From positions 576,001 through 640,000 of the forward strand of contig CAVYBH010000012.1 of assembly GCA_963766715.1 (NCBI GenBank): a stretch of 64,000 bases of DNA, read 5' to 3'. This DNA is from an uncultured delta proteobacterium. Its GTDB lineage: Bacteria > Myxococcota > Myxococcia > Myxococcales > Anaeromyxobacteraceae. The notes below the pieces were generated by a model. That model did no database searches, was not told where the DNA came from, and saw only the letters and a list, made by a program, of their open reading frames with translations. Numbering within the stretch: position 1 is the first letter of the stretch; every line of letters starts with the position of its first letter. Shown here in pieces: positions 62,956 to 64,000 of this stretch. A program made the position numbers and the translations under genes.

Positions 62956-63159
62956 ATGTCAGAGACCAGGACTTATACGTTCGCAGGGTTCGTGCTCGTC
63001 GTCTCGCAGGACGCGTCGGGATGGAGGGCGTCCGTGAACGGCATCGAGCTCGACGCCCACTTCGACACCGCGGCGGCGGCGTGGGCGGCTGGGATCCGGG
63101 ATGCGGACAGCCGCAGCCGATTCGACTCCTGGCTTCACCGGCTCACGGCGGCCGCCTAG
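62956..63159 (+). CDS. Small hypothetical protein
   Basis: GGAGGAG RBS; MSETRTYTFAGFVLVVSQDASGWRASVNG...FDTAAAAWAAGIRDAD. Confidence 0.65.
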   Translation: MSETRTYTFAGFVLVVSQDASGWRASVNGIELDAHFDTAAAAWAAGIRDADSRSRFDSWLHRLTAAA

Positions 63160-63365
63160 GAGTGCGGCGCTGCCTCGTCGTCCTCCTCGACCACCTCGCG
63201 GTCGGTGTCGAGCAGGTATTCCTTGAAGGCAGGCCAGTCCTCCACACGGCAGGTGACCGAGCCGACTCGCTCGAAGGGTCCACCTGGCGTCGCCGCGTGC
63301 CGGACCTCGAGCTCCAGGCGGCGCTTGTCGGACACCTGTCGCTTCTCCACCCATTGCTCTTGCAT
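63156..63365 (-). CDS. Small acidic hypothetical protein
   Basis: MQEQWVEKRQVSDKRRLELEVR...WPAFKEYLL; TACAAT 6 nt upstream of the ATG. Confidence 0.6.
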   Translation of the reverse strand: MQEQWVEKRQVSDKRRLELEVRHAATPGGPFERVGSVTCRVEDWPAFKEYLLDTDREVVEEDDEAAPHS

Positions 63366-63587
63366 GGCCGAATTGTAGGGCGGTGGCGGAGCCGCGGATC
63401 TGGACAGCAAGGGCCGTGCTTATGGGGCATCTTGACGCACGCCTCCACACCGTCCGCTGCCTAGCAGGCCCCGACGGTGGTGCCGCGTCGGGCGTGAGTC
63501 GCAGCCGGAGCCCCGCGGGTCTTGCCCGAAGGAGGGCGCCGACGTGTGGCCAGGGCGCATGGCACGGCCCCAGGGTCCGGCTCGTCG

Positions 63588-63830
63588 TCACGGCGGCACA
63601 CACAGCGCGGCCCCGCTCTGCTCGACGCGGCACACCTTCCCCGGGTCGCAGGGGGCCTCCCCAATCCAGATGCCCACGCCGTCGCTCAGCGCCACGTTCT
63701 GGGCGCAGAGTTGCGGCACGCCGCCGTGGCATCGCTGCGTTCCAATGGCGCACTCGCTCGGGTTTCCACACCCGATGCCAGTGGCCGCGGCCAGCACGAC
63801 GGCAAGAAGTGCTCCCCGGGGCGAGCGCAT
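63588..63830 (-). CDS. Small Cys-rich lipoprotein
   Basis: Signal peptide ending GIGC, then six further Cys (ECAIGTQRC...QLC...W...PC...VC...LC). Confidence 0.7.
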   Translation of the reverse strand: MRSPRGALLAVVLAAATGIGCGNPSECAIGTQRCHGGVPQLCAQNVALSDGVGIWIGEAPCDPGKVCRVEQSGAALCVPP

Positions 63831-63914
63831 GGGCGATGCTTTGACGCGGCTCCCGCCTCTCCGCAAGTGGGAAGCCCGGCATGACCGGGGGCCCTGGAAC
63901 GGAGAGCTTCGGGC

Positions 63915-63949
63915 AAAAAAAAGGGGGCCAGCCGTTCGGCTAACCCCTT
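63915..63949 (-). terminator. Intrinsic terminator after tRNA-Val
   Basis: Minus strand GGGGTTAGCCG-AA-CGGCTGGCCCC stem followed by 8 T. Confidence 0.85.
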
Positions 63950-63957
63950 GGACTTAT

Positions 63958-64000
63958 TGGTGGGCGCTGAAGGTTTCGAACCTTCGACCCCTGCCGTGTG
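63958..64000 (-). tRNA. tRNA-Val(CAC), 3' part only (truncated by window end)
   Basis: Reverse complement ...CACACGGCAGGGGTCGAAGGTTCGAAACCTTCAGCGCCCACCA: anticodon CAC at the window edge, T arm, CCA. Confidence 0.85.

Noticed and set aside
63540..63590. TGA of the Cys-rich lipoprotein as a second Sec codon
   Set aside because: No redox-motif context or convincing SECIS, and the downstream frame is not protein-like.

Overview
Very GC-rich bacterial chromosomal segment that looks myxobacterial, most like Anaeromyxobacter (BsgA/LonD-type Lon, Ser/Thr kinase plus FHA-GAF-sigma54 activator, PpcA-like trihaem cytochrome). It is mostly core genome: Sua5/YciO, glnD, amidase, elbB, mutS, lexA, lon, mutL, tmk, thrC, recG, greA, carB, coaD, rsmD, glutamate dehydrogenase, degP, grpE, pheA, tRNA-Thr(CGT) and a partial tRNA-Val(CAC). 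Small accessory clusters follow both tRNAs. About 25 genes, including essential ones, carry apparent single-base frameshifts, best read as long-read indel errors, so many coordinates are stitched across frames. I saw no CRISPR array, transposase or integrase. The main items missed by the ORF track are: (1) a SelW/Rdx selenoprotein (CxxU, 62222-62455) with a clear bacterial SECIS hairpin; (2) a candidate ~200-nt structured sRNA convergent with mutL, preceded by tandem palindromic operators; (3) an operon pairing a metallophosphoesterase with a coiled-coil protein carrying a C-terminal RelE/ParE-like domain, convergent on lexA; (4) a recurrent leaderless-mRNA signature; (5) an FNR-type box before the cytochrome c7 gene. 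Family assignments come from motif recognition by eye; no database search was run.
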